Part shown: positions 17,176 to 26,976 of the stretch, piece by piece
Numbering within the stretch: the stretch's first letter is position 1
How the letters are laid out: the number at the start of each line of letters is the position of its first letter
From: a virus
Reading direction: 5' to 3' (one strand)
IMG/VR virus record: IMGVR_UViG_3300043256_000135
Span: 1-64,000 of that record
Length of the DNA stretch: 64,000 nt
Position numbers and translations under genes: made by a program
Notes under the pieces: generated by a model
Told to the model about the DNA's origin: nothing
The model's input: only the letters and a program-made list of their open reading frames with translations
Databases searched by the model: none

Positions 17176-18512
17176 GGCTTGAGGCGCTGTTCGGCCAACC
17201 ATTGGCCGTGACAGGGCGGGTCCTTCATGTCATTGGGTCGGAAGTATGTGATTCCTTCAATGGTGATCCGCTCGCGGCCATCCTTGCCGCGCAGTACGAT
17301 TGCTGGATATTGATGTACCGTGCCGTCGGGGAACAGCCTGGAGATGCCCAGGCCCCTCTGCCAGCCCGTGTTGCTCTGCTGTGGGCGGTAGCGTCCCACC
17401 TCATGCCGTGCCCCCATGGGCAGAGACATCCAGCACTGACCCTCTTGGGCTTCAGTGGTTCCAAATGACAGGCCCGCACGGTGGCAGTGCCCAGAGAGGC
17501 CTGAACGGCCAGCGGCCAGTAGTTCCGCTCGGGCGGGGCTGACGCCTAGCTTGGTACCGTGCAGCACACGGAAGAAGTCGAACAGCAACAGGCCGGGCTT
17601 CGCATCCTCGGTCCCATCTGGGGCCAGGATGGTGCCACCGTGATACAGCTGCACATTGTAGTCGTCCAGGCCTAGCAGTTCATCCACGCGCAGGCAGCGC
17701 AGCCCGGCGAGGCCGGGGGCCACTTGAGTCAGGTACCGGGCCAGTCGGTCGCCGGCATCGTGGTTGCCACCGGTGCTGATTAGGTCACCGCAGAAGCCTG
17801 CGTCCTCGCGGATCTGCCGGAACATCTCACGTTCGAAGTCCAGCTCGGATTGCAGCGGCTCAGTCCAGCCCGGGGTGTGAGGGTGGCTGCTAATCTCGGC
17901 GCCCTCCAGGACATCCCCGTTCAGGATCGTGCAGTCAGGCTTTAGATCTCGCAGGGCGGACAGGTAGGCGAACCACACGAACGGGTCCAGGAACTGGCTA
18001 TGGGTGTCACTGATGGTCAGGATCAGGTACGACCCGTCGTCATTGAACTCCAGGCTCTTGGGGTCAATGACATAGGGCGCGACGTATCGTTCCAAGTAGC
18101 GTTCGGTGTGTTCGCGCCTGGATTCTTTTGCGCGGTTCGCACGCCATAGTCGCGTGCCAGGTTGGTCGCGCAAGCCGGCTACCTCCAACGCATGGCTGAA
18201 CGTGCCGAACTGTGCAATAATGAACTCAATCGGATAGTTTCCGTACAGCTCGTACCGCTTGCCGTCATTGCCTATGCTGCGGAACTTCCATTGAGGATTC
18301 GTATCCTTGTCTTCCGCCACGCGCACAATGTCGGCCAGCATGTCTTCAATGGTGGGCCGGCGCTTCAACTTACGCCGTCGGTTCTGTTCCTTCCGGGCGT
18401 CTTCGTGCGCCTTGCGCTGGCGATACTTTTGAGTCTCAACCTTGCTCTTCTTGGTCGAGTCTGGCGCGGCCAGCAGCTCGTCCACGGCCTTCATCTTTTT
18501 GCGGCGGCTCAC
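17172..18512 (-). CDS. Calcineurin-like metallophosphoesterase with basic N-terminal extension
   Basis: SDTH, NGD, GNHD, HG, GHCH motifs; FGTFSHALEVAGL segment. Confidence 0.85.
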   Translation of the reverse strand: MSRRKKMKAVDELLAAPDSTKKSKVETQKYRQRKAHEDARKEQNRRRKLKRRPTIEDMLADIVRVAEDKDTNPQWKFRSIGNDGKRYELYGNYPIEFIIAQFGTFSHALEVAGLRDQPGTRLWRANRAKESRREHTERYLERYVAPYVIDPKSLEFNDDGSYLILTISDTHSQFLDPFVWFAYLSALRDLKPDCTILNGDVLEGAEISSHPHTPGWTEPLQSELDFEREMFRQIREDAGFCGDLISTGGNHDAGDRLARYLTQVAPGLAGLRCLRVDELLGLDDYNVQLYHGGTILAPDGTEDAKPGLLLFDFFRVLHGTKLGVSPARAELLAAGRSGLSGHCHRAGLSFGTTEAQEGQCWMSLPMGARHEVGRYRPQQSNTGWQRGLGISRLFPDGTVHQYPAIVLRGKDGRERITIEGITYFRPNDMKDPPCHGQWLAEQRLKP

Positions 18513-18781
18513 AGTGCTTCACCGGTGTCGGGGTCCAGCTTCATTACGTCGCGCACGTAAGCCCGGACGGTGCCATACCATCTCGGGCCATCGAATCGTT
18601 CGCGCAGCCCGTTGCGATAGAGCCACGGCAGGCTCATGCTCGCGCTCGGATCACCGGTATGCTTCAGCTCCAGGAAGTACCTGATCGCTGCAATCAGCTC
18701 GGTGTTGCCATTCATCATGTGCTTTGTGGGGACAGTGGCGCCCTTCAACAGGGAGTCGACAACTTGTTTGGGTTTGGTCAT
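18509..18781 (-). CDS. Hypothetical protein
   Basis: ATGA/GTGA coupling on both sides. Confidence 0.65.
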   Translation of the reverse strand: MTKPKQVVDSLLKGATVPTKHMMNGNTELIAAIRYFLELKHTGDPSASMSLPWLYRNGLRERFDGPRWYGTVRAYVRDVMKLDPDTGEAL

Positions 18782-19344
18782 CTGATGTTGGCTCCAATCC
18801 ATTCGCGCACGGCTGCATCCAGTACAGTATACCTCGCCATATGGGAAACAGCGTATACTCCCCATCCATTTTTCACGCCTTCGTGTGCTACTTGAACGAT
18901 GACGCCGACCAGCTCACCGTGATCGTTTACAACCGCGCCGCCACTACAGCCATAAATCACTGGGGCGCTCATCCAACCAGACTGCTGTGCCTGGTACCCT
19001 TCGGTCTTTAGTAGGGCATCGCCCTGATGCCAACTATAGGTGTACACTCGCTCGAACACTTGGGGCATCTCTGCGGCGGGCCGCAGGCCGTACGCCTTTG
19101 CTTCAGCGCAGGGGACCAGGGCCAAGTCCGTGTCGGGGTGGGGGATTGCTTCACCGCATGGCATCCCATCGGCCGTGATTATCGGCAGCATGTGCTTCGC
19201 AGTCAGGATCCACCCGTCCACGATAACCACACCCGAGCCTGTTTCGCCGTTGGGGCCCTTCAGTAGTAGGACATTTGGATAGTTCCAAGTTGTTGAACAG
19301 GCAGGCAGGAGCAGAACAGCAGCTAGGGCAGCACACTTCAGCAT
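18778..19344 (-). CDS. Trypsin-like serine protease, lipoprotein
   Basis: LPAC lipobox; LTAKH, DLAL, GCSGG catalytic triad motifs. Confidence 0.85.
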   Translation of the reverse strand: MLKCAALAAVLLLPACSTTWNYPNVLLLKGPNGETGSGVVIVDGWILTAKHMLPIITADGMPCGEAIPHPDTDLALVPCAEAKAYGLRPAAEMPQVFERVYTYSWHQGDALLKTEGYQAQQSGWMSAPVIYGCSGGAVVNDHGELVGVIVQVAHEGVKNGWGVYAVSHMARYTVLDAAVREWIGANIR

Positions 19345-21767
19345 CAGAAAGCCTCACCGCCATCGTCAGGCGGTTCGTTGGGTCCAGCGTCTTGGTTGTC
19401 ATCGCCGACAGGTGGCCATGCTCGGGGGCCGGACTTCGTCACGGTCTCCCACAGCTTACGGCATTCATCCAGCGAGGGGAAGACCCATACTTTTGGGCGC
19501 CCGGACGACTGGCGGCGCTGCCCGCGGGGGTCTACCCAGCCCTGAACGCTCCTCCCTGTCGTCGTAGACACCCCGAAGCGGGACAGGAAGATACCTAGAG
19601 GTCGATTCGGGTTTGTCTTGAAACTTGGGTATTCTACCTTGAATCGCTCCACCAGTTCCTCCTTCAGAATCTGCGTCCTCCAGCCCGCATGGCTGGGCAG
19701 CAGTCGGCCCTCTTCCAGAGCATTCAGCAGGAAGGATTGCATCTCGCTCATGCTCTGGTCCTGCTGCTTTCGCAGCTCGATGGTCTTTGGGCATTTCCAC
19801 ACGTCGAACTCACTCAGGTCGTAAGTGAGCAGAAAGTGCATCAGGGCCTCGTACCCACCATTATCCATCTGGGCGTGCAGCGCAGTGAAGTAGGCGATGT
19901 CCGTCTGGTAGCGGTCGTCGATTTCAACCACAAAGAACCGGCGGTCGTCCAGGTCGGCGCTAATGGCCCACTCCCGGTTCGTCGCCATGATCAGGTGGAC
20001 ACAGTTCCGCGACTCCATGTTGTCGACACCCTTCTGCTCAGTGCGCAGGGTCTCCTCGGTAATCAGAGACTTCAGGGCGGATTCGGCGCTCTCGTCGTGT
20101 GCAACGAAACATTCGTCCGCGAATACCAGCACGGAGTCTTTCAGCATCGCGTTGAACTGGCCAGTGACATGCTTCGGGTTGGACACGTACTTGTAGTGGC
20201 CACCGAACAGCTTGCCGAACATTTTGGCGAACGTGCCCTTGCCCGTGCCCTGGCCGCCGCGCATAACGATGGCGACCTGCCCAGGGTTCTCGGGATGCTG
20301 CACGGCATTGGCCATCCACTGCACCACGTAGATGTAGTACTCTTCGTTCCCCCGGCACACCACGTTCTTCACGTGGTCCAGGAACAGGGAGCAGTCGCCC
20401 GGCAGGGCGTTCACGGCGAAGCCGCGCCACAGGTTCATACAGTCGGAGAACTCACGGTTGGGGTAGAACACCACGCTGCGGTAGGTGCGCCGGTGTGTAT
20501 GTTGGAGCCACCATTTGCCGACGGGGATCTCTTTGGGGACGGGGTTGCCTTTCTTATCGGGCCACATCTCCACCACGGTCTGGTTGCTGTACATCGTCGT
20601 GAAACCGTCGCGTTGATGGAACTCGATCTCTGACCGGCCAATGGCTTCGTTGTAGCGTTCGCATGCGATTCGCATCTTACCGCCCACCGATTCGATCAGG
20701 GCGTACTGCCGGTTCAGCAACTCCAGCCACGGCTCGATCGAGTCCTCGCGTGCCCGCTGAATCGTGCGCAGGGCGCAGCGGTGCACATTGGCGGCGTTAC
20801 CCTGGGCCAGTACGTGGGCGCTGATGCCTAGGTCGGGGTCGGTGATGATGCTGTAGATGGTGTCGTCATCGAAGTTGTTGCGTACCAGCTCGCACGCCAC
20901 GAACCAGAGCCAGTCGCTCCGACTGTTGCCGGCGGTCAAAGGCTGGTCGGGATCATGCCCTTGCACGATAGCGACGCGGGCGCGCGGCGATACGCTCTTG
21001 AAGATGCCGTTCTCGTCGCTGAAGGCGTCCGCGGGCACGCGCTGGCAATTGCCGGAGACGTTTACCTGCACCTGATTTTTGCTTCCCACGCGCGTCCCGG
21101 TTGCGAGGTCGGGGGCCTTCATGAAGTACTCGGGGTTGTCGGCGTCGTACGTGGTGTCCCAGTTGGCCAGGATCACGTCGGCCATGATGGGGGTCTGGCC
21201 GTTCTTTCGTTTTGAGGCGTTGGGGAAATTGCACGTCCCCACAAGACGCATAACGTGATCGGCGCTATGGCACGCATCCGCTTGGAGCAACTTGGCGATC
21301 TGGACGTTGTACCGCTCGGCGTCTTCGACCTTCAACAGCTCCCCGCCCAGCTCGATCGGGCAGGCCAATTTCCAGAACGCTTGATACCCGCCGCCGCTGA
21401 AGGTGATCACGGTCGGCTTGGGAACAAGGTCGGTGGTCTGGAGCAGGTTCAGAATGCGCTTCTGCTCCTGAAGAAGGGGCAACCCCTTCTTCGGGTCGAC
21501 ATCGACATGCAGCCACTCCATCCTCAAAACGTCCCCCTTGCTGGCCTTACCGCAGCCTGGACGAACAGGGTTGGGGTGGAAGTAGATGTTGCGCTCCGCG
21601 GCCTGCTGGCGCACGATCCACGCGGCCATCTCCTCAACCGTGTCCGGGCCGAACGTACCGAAGTCGTTGGTCTTATCTTCGTGGAACGCACACAGCGCCC
21701 ACGGACCATCAGGCTTCCACCGCTTCAAGAAGTCGGCGGCCAGGGCGGTGTCGGGGGCGATCATCAT
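19344..21767 (-). CDS. Primase-helicase (RepB'-like AEP primase + SF3/DUF5906 helicase)
   Basis: HVDVD, SGGGYQ, MRLVG; Walker A GGQGTGKGT, Walker B VFADE; TGG-TATACT just upstream of ATG. Confidence 0.9.
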   Translation of the reverse strand: MMIAPDTALAADFLKRWKPDGPWALCAFHEDKTNDFGTFGPDTVEEMAAWIVRQQAAERNIYFHPNPVRPGCGKASKGDVLRMEWLHVDVDPKKGLPLLQEQKRILNLLQTTDLVPKPTVITFSGGGYQAFWKLACPIELGGELLKVEDAERYNVQIAKLLQADACHSADHVMRLVGTCNFPNASKRKNGQTPIMADVILANWDTTYDADNPEYFMKAPDLATGTRVGSKNQVQVNVSGNCQRVPADAFSDENGIFKSVSPRARVAIVQGHDPDQPLTAGNSRSDWLWFVACELVRNNFDDDTIYSIITDPDLGISAHVLAQGNAANVHRCALRTIQRAREDSIEPWLELLNRQYALIESVGGKMRIACERYNEAIGRSEIEFHQRDGFTTMYSNQTVVEMWPDKKGNPVPKEIPVGKWWLQHTHRRTYRSVVFYPNREFSDCMNLWRGFAVNALPGDCSLFLDHVKNVVCRGNEEYYIYVVQWMANAVQHPENPGQVAIVMRGGQGTGKGTFAKMFGKLFGGHYKYVSNPKHVTGQFNAMLKDSVLVFADECFVAHDESAESALKSLITEETLRTEQKGVDNMESRNCVHLIMATNREWAISADLDDRRFFVVEIDDRYQTDIAYFTALHAQMDNGGYEALMHFLLTYDLSEFDVWKCPKTIELRKQQDQSMSEMQSFLLNALEEGRLLPSHAGWRTQILKEELVERFKVEYPSFKTNPNRPLGIFLSRFGVSTTTGRSVQGWVDPRGQRRQSSGRPKVWVFPSLDECRKLWETVTKSGPRAWPPVGDDNQDAGPNEPPDDGGEAF

Positions 21768-21795
21768 GGGTAGTATACCATATCACCGGGGGGGT

Positions 21796-22209
21796 CTAGG
21801 TTTCCAGGAAGGGCCGGAGTTCACGGAAAGTTGGGGTGCGGACCCACAGGCAGATGGCAGCCTCGTACAGCTCTTGCCGTGTGCCACCTTCCTTGCCTCC
21901 CAGGATTGCAACGGCGGCCAGCCCCTCGAACAGCAGCCACTCGCTTGCGATGTTGAGCATCACAAACGCGCGTCCGTTTACACGCGCCCACAGGATGAGC
22001 CAGATTCGCTGGCCCTTCGTCAGGGGGTGGTCCAGCTGCACCGGGGTATCCACCCGGGCGGGCCATTCCTCGGTAGCCTTGCATTCGATCCACCCGTCGC
22101 GGTAGGCGATGTCCGGTGTGCCCGGGTGGCACCCACCGTTCTCTACGGCGAAGGCGCCCAGGGGGCGTAGGATCTTCACCAGCTGTTGCCTCATGTCGCG
22201 CTCAAGCAT
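21796..22209 (-). CDS. VRR-NUC/Holliday-junction resolvase-like nuclease
   Basis: VEN...GTPD...WIECK...Q..W PD-(D/E)xK pattern. Confidence 0.8.
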   Translation of the reverse strand: MLERDMRQQLVKILRPLGAFAVENGGCHPGTPDIAYRDGWIECKATEEWPARVDTPVQLDHPLTKGQRIWLILWARVNGRAFVMLNIASEWLLFEGLAAVAILGGKEGGTRQELYEAAICLWVRTPTFRELRPFLET

Positions 22210-22477
22210 CTTCCCACCAATCCATGTTCACACAGAGGTAGCATTCCCCGTCGGCCGTCATCATGCGCCGTTCCTTCTCTTCTCCGCACGTCGGGCACAC
22301 CGCCACCGGTTGCTTCACGTAGCCGCAGAAGCAATCCTCGGGGTTGCCCAGGATCAACAGGGCGTCCATCTCTGGGCAGAAGTGTGCGGTCTTCGACAAC
22401 TTGAACACCAGCCACGGGATCCAGCCGCGTCGGTCGATCCAGCGATACAACAGACTGCGCAGGCGCCGGGGTATCAT
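22202..22477 (-). CDS. Cys-rich hypothetical protein
   Basis: ATGA overlap; CxC, CxxC, CxxC. Confidence 0.55.
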   Translation of the reverse strand: MIPRRLRSLLYRWIDRRGWIPWLVFKLSKTAHFCPEMDALLILGNPEDCFCGYVKQPVAVCPTCGEEKERRMMTADGECYLCVNMDWWEDA

Positions 22478-22809
22478 GCTCGACTCACTCGCTTCGCGAC
22501 CATCAGTCCGCGCTGGCGGAGTAGATAGTTGAGGGCGCCCAGCAGGAACACGCCGCCGACAACAAAGCGGGCCCACACCGGCAGGTCGATCCCCCAGAAC
22601 TCTTCGGGGATCAACACGTTGAGCCCACCAATGGTGAAGGCACCGACGTTGACCCCGCGAAGGAATGAGGGCAGGGTGGCCAGCTTTATGTCGAGCCCTA
22701 TGCGCTCAACGTCCAGCTTGTGGTGGATCGTCGCGTCGATGCCGTGCTTGGCTGCGGCGTCGAGCAGTTGTTCGTCGCGGACACTCAGGAGTCTTCTCTT
22801 GTCGTTCAT
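22474..22809 (-). CDS. Membrane protein
   Basis: Two hydrophobic segments. Confidence 0.6.
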   Translation of the reverse strand: MNDKRRLLSVRDEQLLDAAAKHGIDATIHHKLDVERIGLDIKLATLPSFLRGVNVGAFTIGGLNVLIPEEFWGIDLPVWARFVVGGVFLLGALNYLLRQRGLMVAKRVSRA

Positions 22810-23324
22810 TTTTCGAACCTCGGTCCCTGCGGGCCGCGCTCAGCGCCCTGGTATTTGCCGGTGTAGGTGTTCTCGGGTATCTCGTCTGTGGTGTGGAAGA
22901 TGATCTGCGCGATCGGCTCATGGTCCACGATCGTCACGTCTTCCCCGCTGTGATTCGTGAGCAGCATGGTCAGGTAGCCCTTCCACCCGGGCTCCAGCAC
23001 GCACTGCGCCGGCAGGATCCCCCGTCGGGCCCAGGTGCTCTTGGGATGGACGAAGCCCACCACGTCGAGCGGCATGTTGAAGTGCTCCACGATGCCCACC
23101 AGGGTAGACTCACCAGCCCCGAGGATGATGCCATCGCTGTCGGGGGTCTGAACTAGTCGGTGCATGTTGAACTCATCCGACAAGCTATAGGCGTTGGTCA
23201 GGTCCACACGCACGTCGTAGCCCGCACTTGACAGGCCATACGACATGCCGCGGAACACCGTGCGCTCGTGGAAGGGGTCGATGATTTCGAGGTTCTTGAT
23301 CTGATGGTCTGCTAGAATGCTCAT
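22806..23324 (-). CDS. dcd: dCTP deaminase/dUTPase family
   Basis: SYGLSSAGYDVR, KSTWARRG, LEPGWKGYLT, IAQIIF, YxGKYQ. Confidence 0.9.
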   Translation of the reverse strand: MSILADHQIKNLEIIDPFHERTVFRGMSYGLSSAGYDVRVDLTNAYSLSDEFNMHRLVQTPDSDGIILGAGESTLVGIVEHFNMPLDVVGFVHPKSTWARRGILPAQCVLEPGWKGYLTMLLTNHSGEDVTIVDHEPIAQIIFHTTDEIPENTYTGKYQGAERGPQGPRFEK

Positions 23325-23794
23325 TGATTTGTTCTCCGATCCAGTTCACTCGGGCAGTAGAAGCGAAGGGCCACGCCTGCCTCTTCCAGCGTTTTCTCCG
23401 CCTCTCGCAGGTCGTCAGCCCACCGTTCGGGCACAGGGCGGCCACTGGCCACCACCCGGTCGATGTCGGCGGCGATGATGTGCTTGGTGCAGTTGCTCAG
23501 GCACGGAGCGCCCATGAAACCCCAGATGAAGAGCGTCCCGCCGCGCGCCGCGGGGCCTGCCTGGAGCAGCGCGTTCATCTCAGCGTGCACGATCAACCCC
23601 AGTTTTGCGCTGCGATCGTGTAAACGCTTGTCGTCAGCGATGCGAGACGGGAAGCCGTTGTAGCCGGTGCTGATCACTCGCCGATTCTGCACGATTACCG
23701 CGCCGACCTGTGAGCTAGGGTCCTTGGACATCAGCGAAGCTTCGCGGGCCAGTCGCAGGAAATGTACGTCCCACTTGTCAATTAGTCTTTTCAT
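23321..23794 (-). CDS. dCMP deaminase
   Basis: SKDPSSQVGAVI, GYNG, HAE, PCxxxC. Confidence 0.92.
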   Translation of the reverse strand: MKRLIDKWDVHFLRLAREASLMSKDPSSQVGAVIVQNRRVISTGYNGFPSRIADDKRLHDRSAKLGLIVHAEMNALLQAGPAARGGTLFIWGFMGAPCLSNCTKHIIAADIDRVVASGRPVPERWADDLREAEKTLEEAGVALRFYCPSELDRRTNQ

Positions 23795-24008
23795 GTTTCA
23801 CTTTCCAACGGTAGAAGCCTATCACATCCATGACGATGAAGACGGAACTCCAGATCCAAATCGCCGACATGGCCATCAGGATGCCAAGTATCAGCCAAAC
23901 GCCACTGCCAACTGCGCGGAATACCCAGCCGGTGATGTGTTTTTTGCCGAGCAGCCACGTGCCAAGTATCAATGCGACGTAACCGATATGTCCGAAGAGG
24001 TCGATCAC
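23778..24008 (-). CDS. PnuC-like small membrane protein
   Basis: Three TM helices, K...GW...W...G.Y.W pattern. Confidence 0.55.
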   Translation of the reverse strand: MIDLFGHIGYVALILGTWLLGKKHITGWVFRAVGSGVWLILGILMAMSAIWIWSSVFIVMDVIGFYRWKVKHEKTN

Positions 24009-26074
24009 GCTGCCGCTCCTAACTCGCCCCACGTGGGGCCCACTTCCAGGTCACACACGGTGGGCACGTTCAGCTCTATCGCATGCACCATGATTTCGTT
24101 GAGCTGTTGAGCCTCACGCATGGCCCAGATAGTCAGATCGAGTTCATCATGCACCTGTAATTGCATCCGCACGCCCGCTTCGTCGGCCAGGACCATGGCC
24201 ACTTTGGTCTGGTCGGCACTGCTGCCCTGGATCAGGCCGTTCAGGGCTTTGTGCCCTCCGAACAGTTCACCAGTCTCGGGATGGATTGGGAAGCGGCGCT
24301 TGCGGCCCAGCAATGTACGGATGTACCCCATGTTCGTCGCGCGGTTCTTCACCATGCGGTCTAGTTGCTTGATATACGGTACCTTCTGATTGAAGCGTTG
24401 GAGCAATGCTTCACCCTCGGGCCCGGCCATCTCGAACGGATGGGCGCCGGTTTTCCGTAGCGCCTTACCCTCCGGGCTGTCGATGGGGTGGACCGTCCAC
24501 CGCCTCTGGTTCGGATCTCGCACCACCCAGATGGTGGGCAGACCCAGCGAACGGGCCAGCTTGCCACCACCCATGTTGTAGCATAGACCCAAGAAAATTG
24601 TCTTGGCATTGCCGCGCAGCAGCTTCGCCGCCTTGGCAATGGCCTTATCGTTCGACAGCAGGTCGGCCTGTCGGAACTCCTCGTACATCATGGTGGCCAT
24701 CATGGAGTGATTGTCCCAGTCCGGATCCGTGCGGCAGGCATGGGCCGCCTCAGCGCCGCCCTTGCAGCCGGTCATTTCGGCGTAGTGGATAATCATCCGG
24801 GGCTCCTGCCCGGAGAAGTCTAGGCAGGCCCATTTACCTCCCTGATCAGGGAGGTAAATGGACCTCCACAGCGGCCCGATCTCGGGATCCCGCGCAGGCT
24901 GTTGCTGTAGGTTGGGGTCGCTGGACGAGAGTCGCCCGAACGCCGGGCCGCGGATGCTACCGTCGTCGCGCTCCTGCCGCAGCTGGTTGAACGTGCAATG
25001 AACCCGGCCATTGATTTGGTGGTTTCGGATCGACTTGCAGAACGTCGTGCGGACCTTGTTCCACTTCTTGGCCAGCAGGATGGCGTCGGCCAGAGGCGTC
25101 CCAAGAGATTGGAGCCACTCCGACTTCACCGAAGGGTTCCCGCCGGTCGGCTTGCCGGTCTTCTTGCTGATGGTTTTTGGCGTCAAGGGGACCTTGACGC
25201 CGGTGGCCTCCAGGATCTTCGCTAGGGCGGCGGACTTGGAAATGTCGTCGGGTGACATTTCCCGGCCTGACAGCCGGGTGGCCTCGCGGCATGCCTTGTT
25301 CTCGATCTGCCACGCCTTGGCGTCGATGTGCTCCAGCTTCGCCATGTCCACGGCCACGCCCCGGCGGCGCATCTTGAGCAGTACAGGCAACAAGCGGGAC
25401 TCCAGGTCGTACACTTGTTCCAAGTCCTGACGGCGGATCTCAGCCTCATGCAACCGAAGGATGTGCAGCGGCAGTCTCGCGTCTTGGATCGCATACTGCG
25501 CCACAATCTTCGCGGGCGCCTTCCACATATCCTTCTTGGGGTCCAAACCGTGTGCAACAGCCCACGCATTCAGGCCCTCTTCATCTTTGCCAGGCAGGCC
25601 GAGCCGCTCGGCTTGAGCGTCAAGGCTCATGTGGTGGAACTCCTCGCCCCAGTACCAGTCTCCGGTTTCCTTGTCCTGCATTCGACAGAGCGTCGGCTCG
25701 TCCAGCAGCGGACCCGACACCTGAATGTCCCGAAAACGGCTGGGGCGAAACAGGACATTCTCTTCAGCAAGAAAATCCAGGTCGTACTGGAGGTTCGCGC
25801 CGCCAAGCTCACCACCAAAGTGGCGAGCTTGCTCGCGCAGGTACTCCAGCACGCGGTCGGGGTCGTCGTAGTTGCCCCCGCCTTCGTGGCGCATCGGCAG
25901 GTAGAACGCCGGGCCGTTCTCGTCGCCGCAGCAGAACGACACGCCAGTGATGTAGCCGCCGCGCCTCACGCCCGGGCCAAGCGTGGTCAACTGGTCGTCG
26001 CGGGTCTCGATGTCCAGCGCGACGCGGTCGTAGTCTGCCCAGTGGGGCAGATCGGATAGGGGCGGGAGGTTCAC
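24005..26074 (-). CDS. polA: DNA polymerase family A with 3'-5' exonuclease
   Basis: DIET exo I, GRLSSSDPNLQQ, DFSGQEPR (A), KxxxLGxxY (B), VHDE (C). Confidence 0.97.
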   Translation of the reverse strand: MNLPPLSDLPHWADYDRVALDIETRDDQLTTLGPGVRRGGYITGVSFCCGDENGPAFYLPMRHEGGGNYDDPDRVLEYLREQARHFGGELGGANLQYDLDFLAEENVLFRPSRFRDIQVSGPLLDEPTLCRMQDKETGDWYWGEEFHHMSLDAQAERLGLPGKDEEGLNAWAVAHGLDPKKDMWKAPAKIVAQYAIQDARLPLHILRLHEAEIRRQDLEQVYDLESRLLPVLLKMRRRGVAVDMAKLEHIDAKAWQIENKACREATRLSGREMSPDDISKSAALAKILEATGVKVPLTPKTISKKTGKPTGGNPSVKSEWLQSLGTPLADAILLAKKWNKVRTTFCKSIRNHQINGRVHCTFNQLRQERDDGSIRGPAFGRLSSSDPNLQQQPARDPEIGPLWRSIYLPDQGGKWACLDFSGQEPRMIIHYAEMTGCKGGAEAAHACRTDPDWDNHSMMATMMYEEFRQADLLSNDKAIAKAAKLLRGNAKTIFLGLCYNMGGGKLARSLGLPTIWVVRDPNQRRWTVHPIDSPEGKALRKTGAHPFEMAGPEGEALLQRFNQKVPYIKQLDRMVKNRATNMGYIRTLLGRKRRFPIHPETGELFGGHKALNGLIQGSSADQTKVAMVLADEAGVRMQLQVHDELDLTIWAMREAQQLNEIMVHAIELNVPTVCDLEVGPTWGELGAAA

Positions 26075-26976
26075 GACAGGCGCTTCTCCGCCAGGGCCAC
26101 GTATTCCGGATTCAACTCACATAGGATAGCATTGCGCCCGTGCTTCTCCGCGACCATGCCGGTGGTGCCGCTGCCGCCGAACGGGTCCAGCACCGTGCCG
26201 CCTTCGGGGCAACCGGCCAGGATGCACGGCTCGATCAGGTCGGGCGGGAATACGGCGAAGTGGGCGCCCTTGAACGGCTTTGGTGCGACGGTCCAGACGG
26301 AGCGGCGATTGCGTTTCAATACTGGACCAACCTGGGCTAGACCCGCCTTGGTTCGATGTTTTTCATCGCCTTGGTCATAGGCTGTCTTGTATTTGTGGTT
26401 CTTGTTACAAGGATCTCGGCCTGTCGCGTCTTCCTTCACCGCTTCGTGGTCGTAGTAGTACTTCGGCTTCTTCGACAGCAGGAAGATGTACTCGTGCGCC
26501 TTCGTGCAGCGGTCACGCACGGATTCGGGCATCGGATTGGGCTTATGCCAGATGATGTCTTGGCGCAGGTACCAGCCGTCGGCTTGCATGGCGAAGGCGA
26601 CGCGCCAAGGGATGCCAATGAGGTCTTTGGCTTTGAGGCCGGGAGGGACAGTATTATTGGTCTGGCTGGCTTGCGCAGGCGAATGCTTTGCTCCTCCTTT
26701 TGTGCTGGCTACCTGATAGGACCTGTTTGCGGCATAGCTATCCCCCAGGTTCAGCCATACCGTGCCGTCGTCGCGCAGCACGCGGCGCACCTCGCGGAAT
26801 ACCTCGACCATCTTGGCCACATATTCGTCGGGCGTGGACTCTAGGCCGAGCTGGCCCTCGACGCCGTAGTCGCGCAGCCCGAAGTAGGGCGGAGACGTGA
26901 CGCAGCAGTTCACTGACGTGGCGGCCATGCCGCGCATCAGCTCAATGCAGTCACCTTGTTTGATTTCTACAGTCAC
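26071..26976 (-). CDS. DNA methyltransferase (N4C/N6A, beta class)
   Basis: TSPPY catalytic motif before DPFGGSGTT SAM motif. Confidence 0.95.
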   Translation of the reverse strand: MTVEIKQGDCIELMRGMAATSVNCCVTSPPYFGLRDYGVEGQLGLESTPDEYVAKMVEVFREVRRVLRDDGTVWLNLGDSYAANRSYQVASTKGGAKHSPAQASQTNNTVPPGLKAKDLIGIPWRVAFAMQADGWYLRQDIIWHKPNPMPESVRDRCTKAHEYIFLLSKKPKYYYDHEAVKEDATGRDPCNKNHKYKTAYDQGDEKHRTKAGLAQVGPVLKRNRRSVWTVAPKPFKGAHFAVFPPDLIEPCILAGCPEGGTVLDPFGGSGTTGMVAEKHGRNAILCELNPEYVALAEKRLS

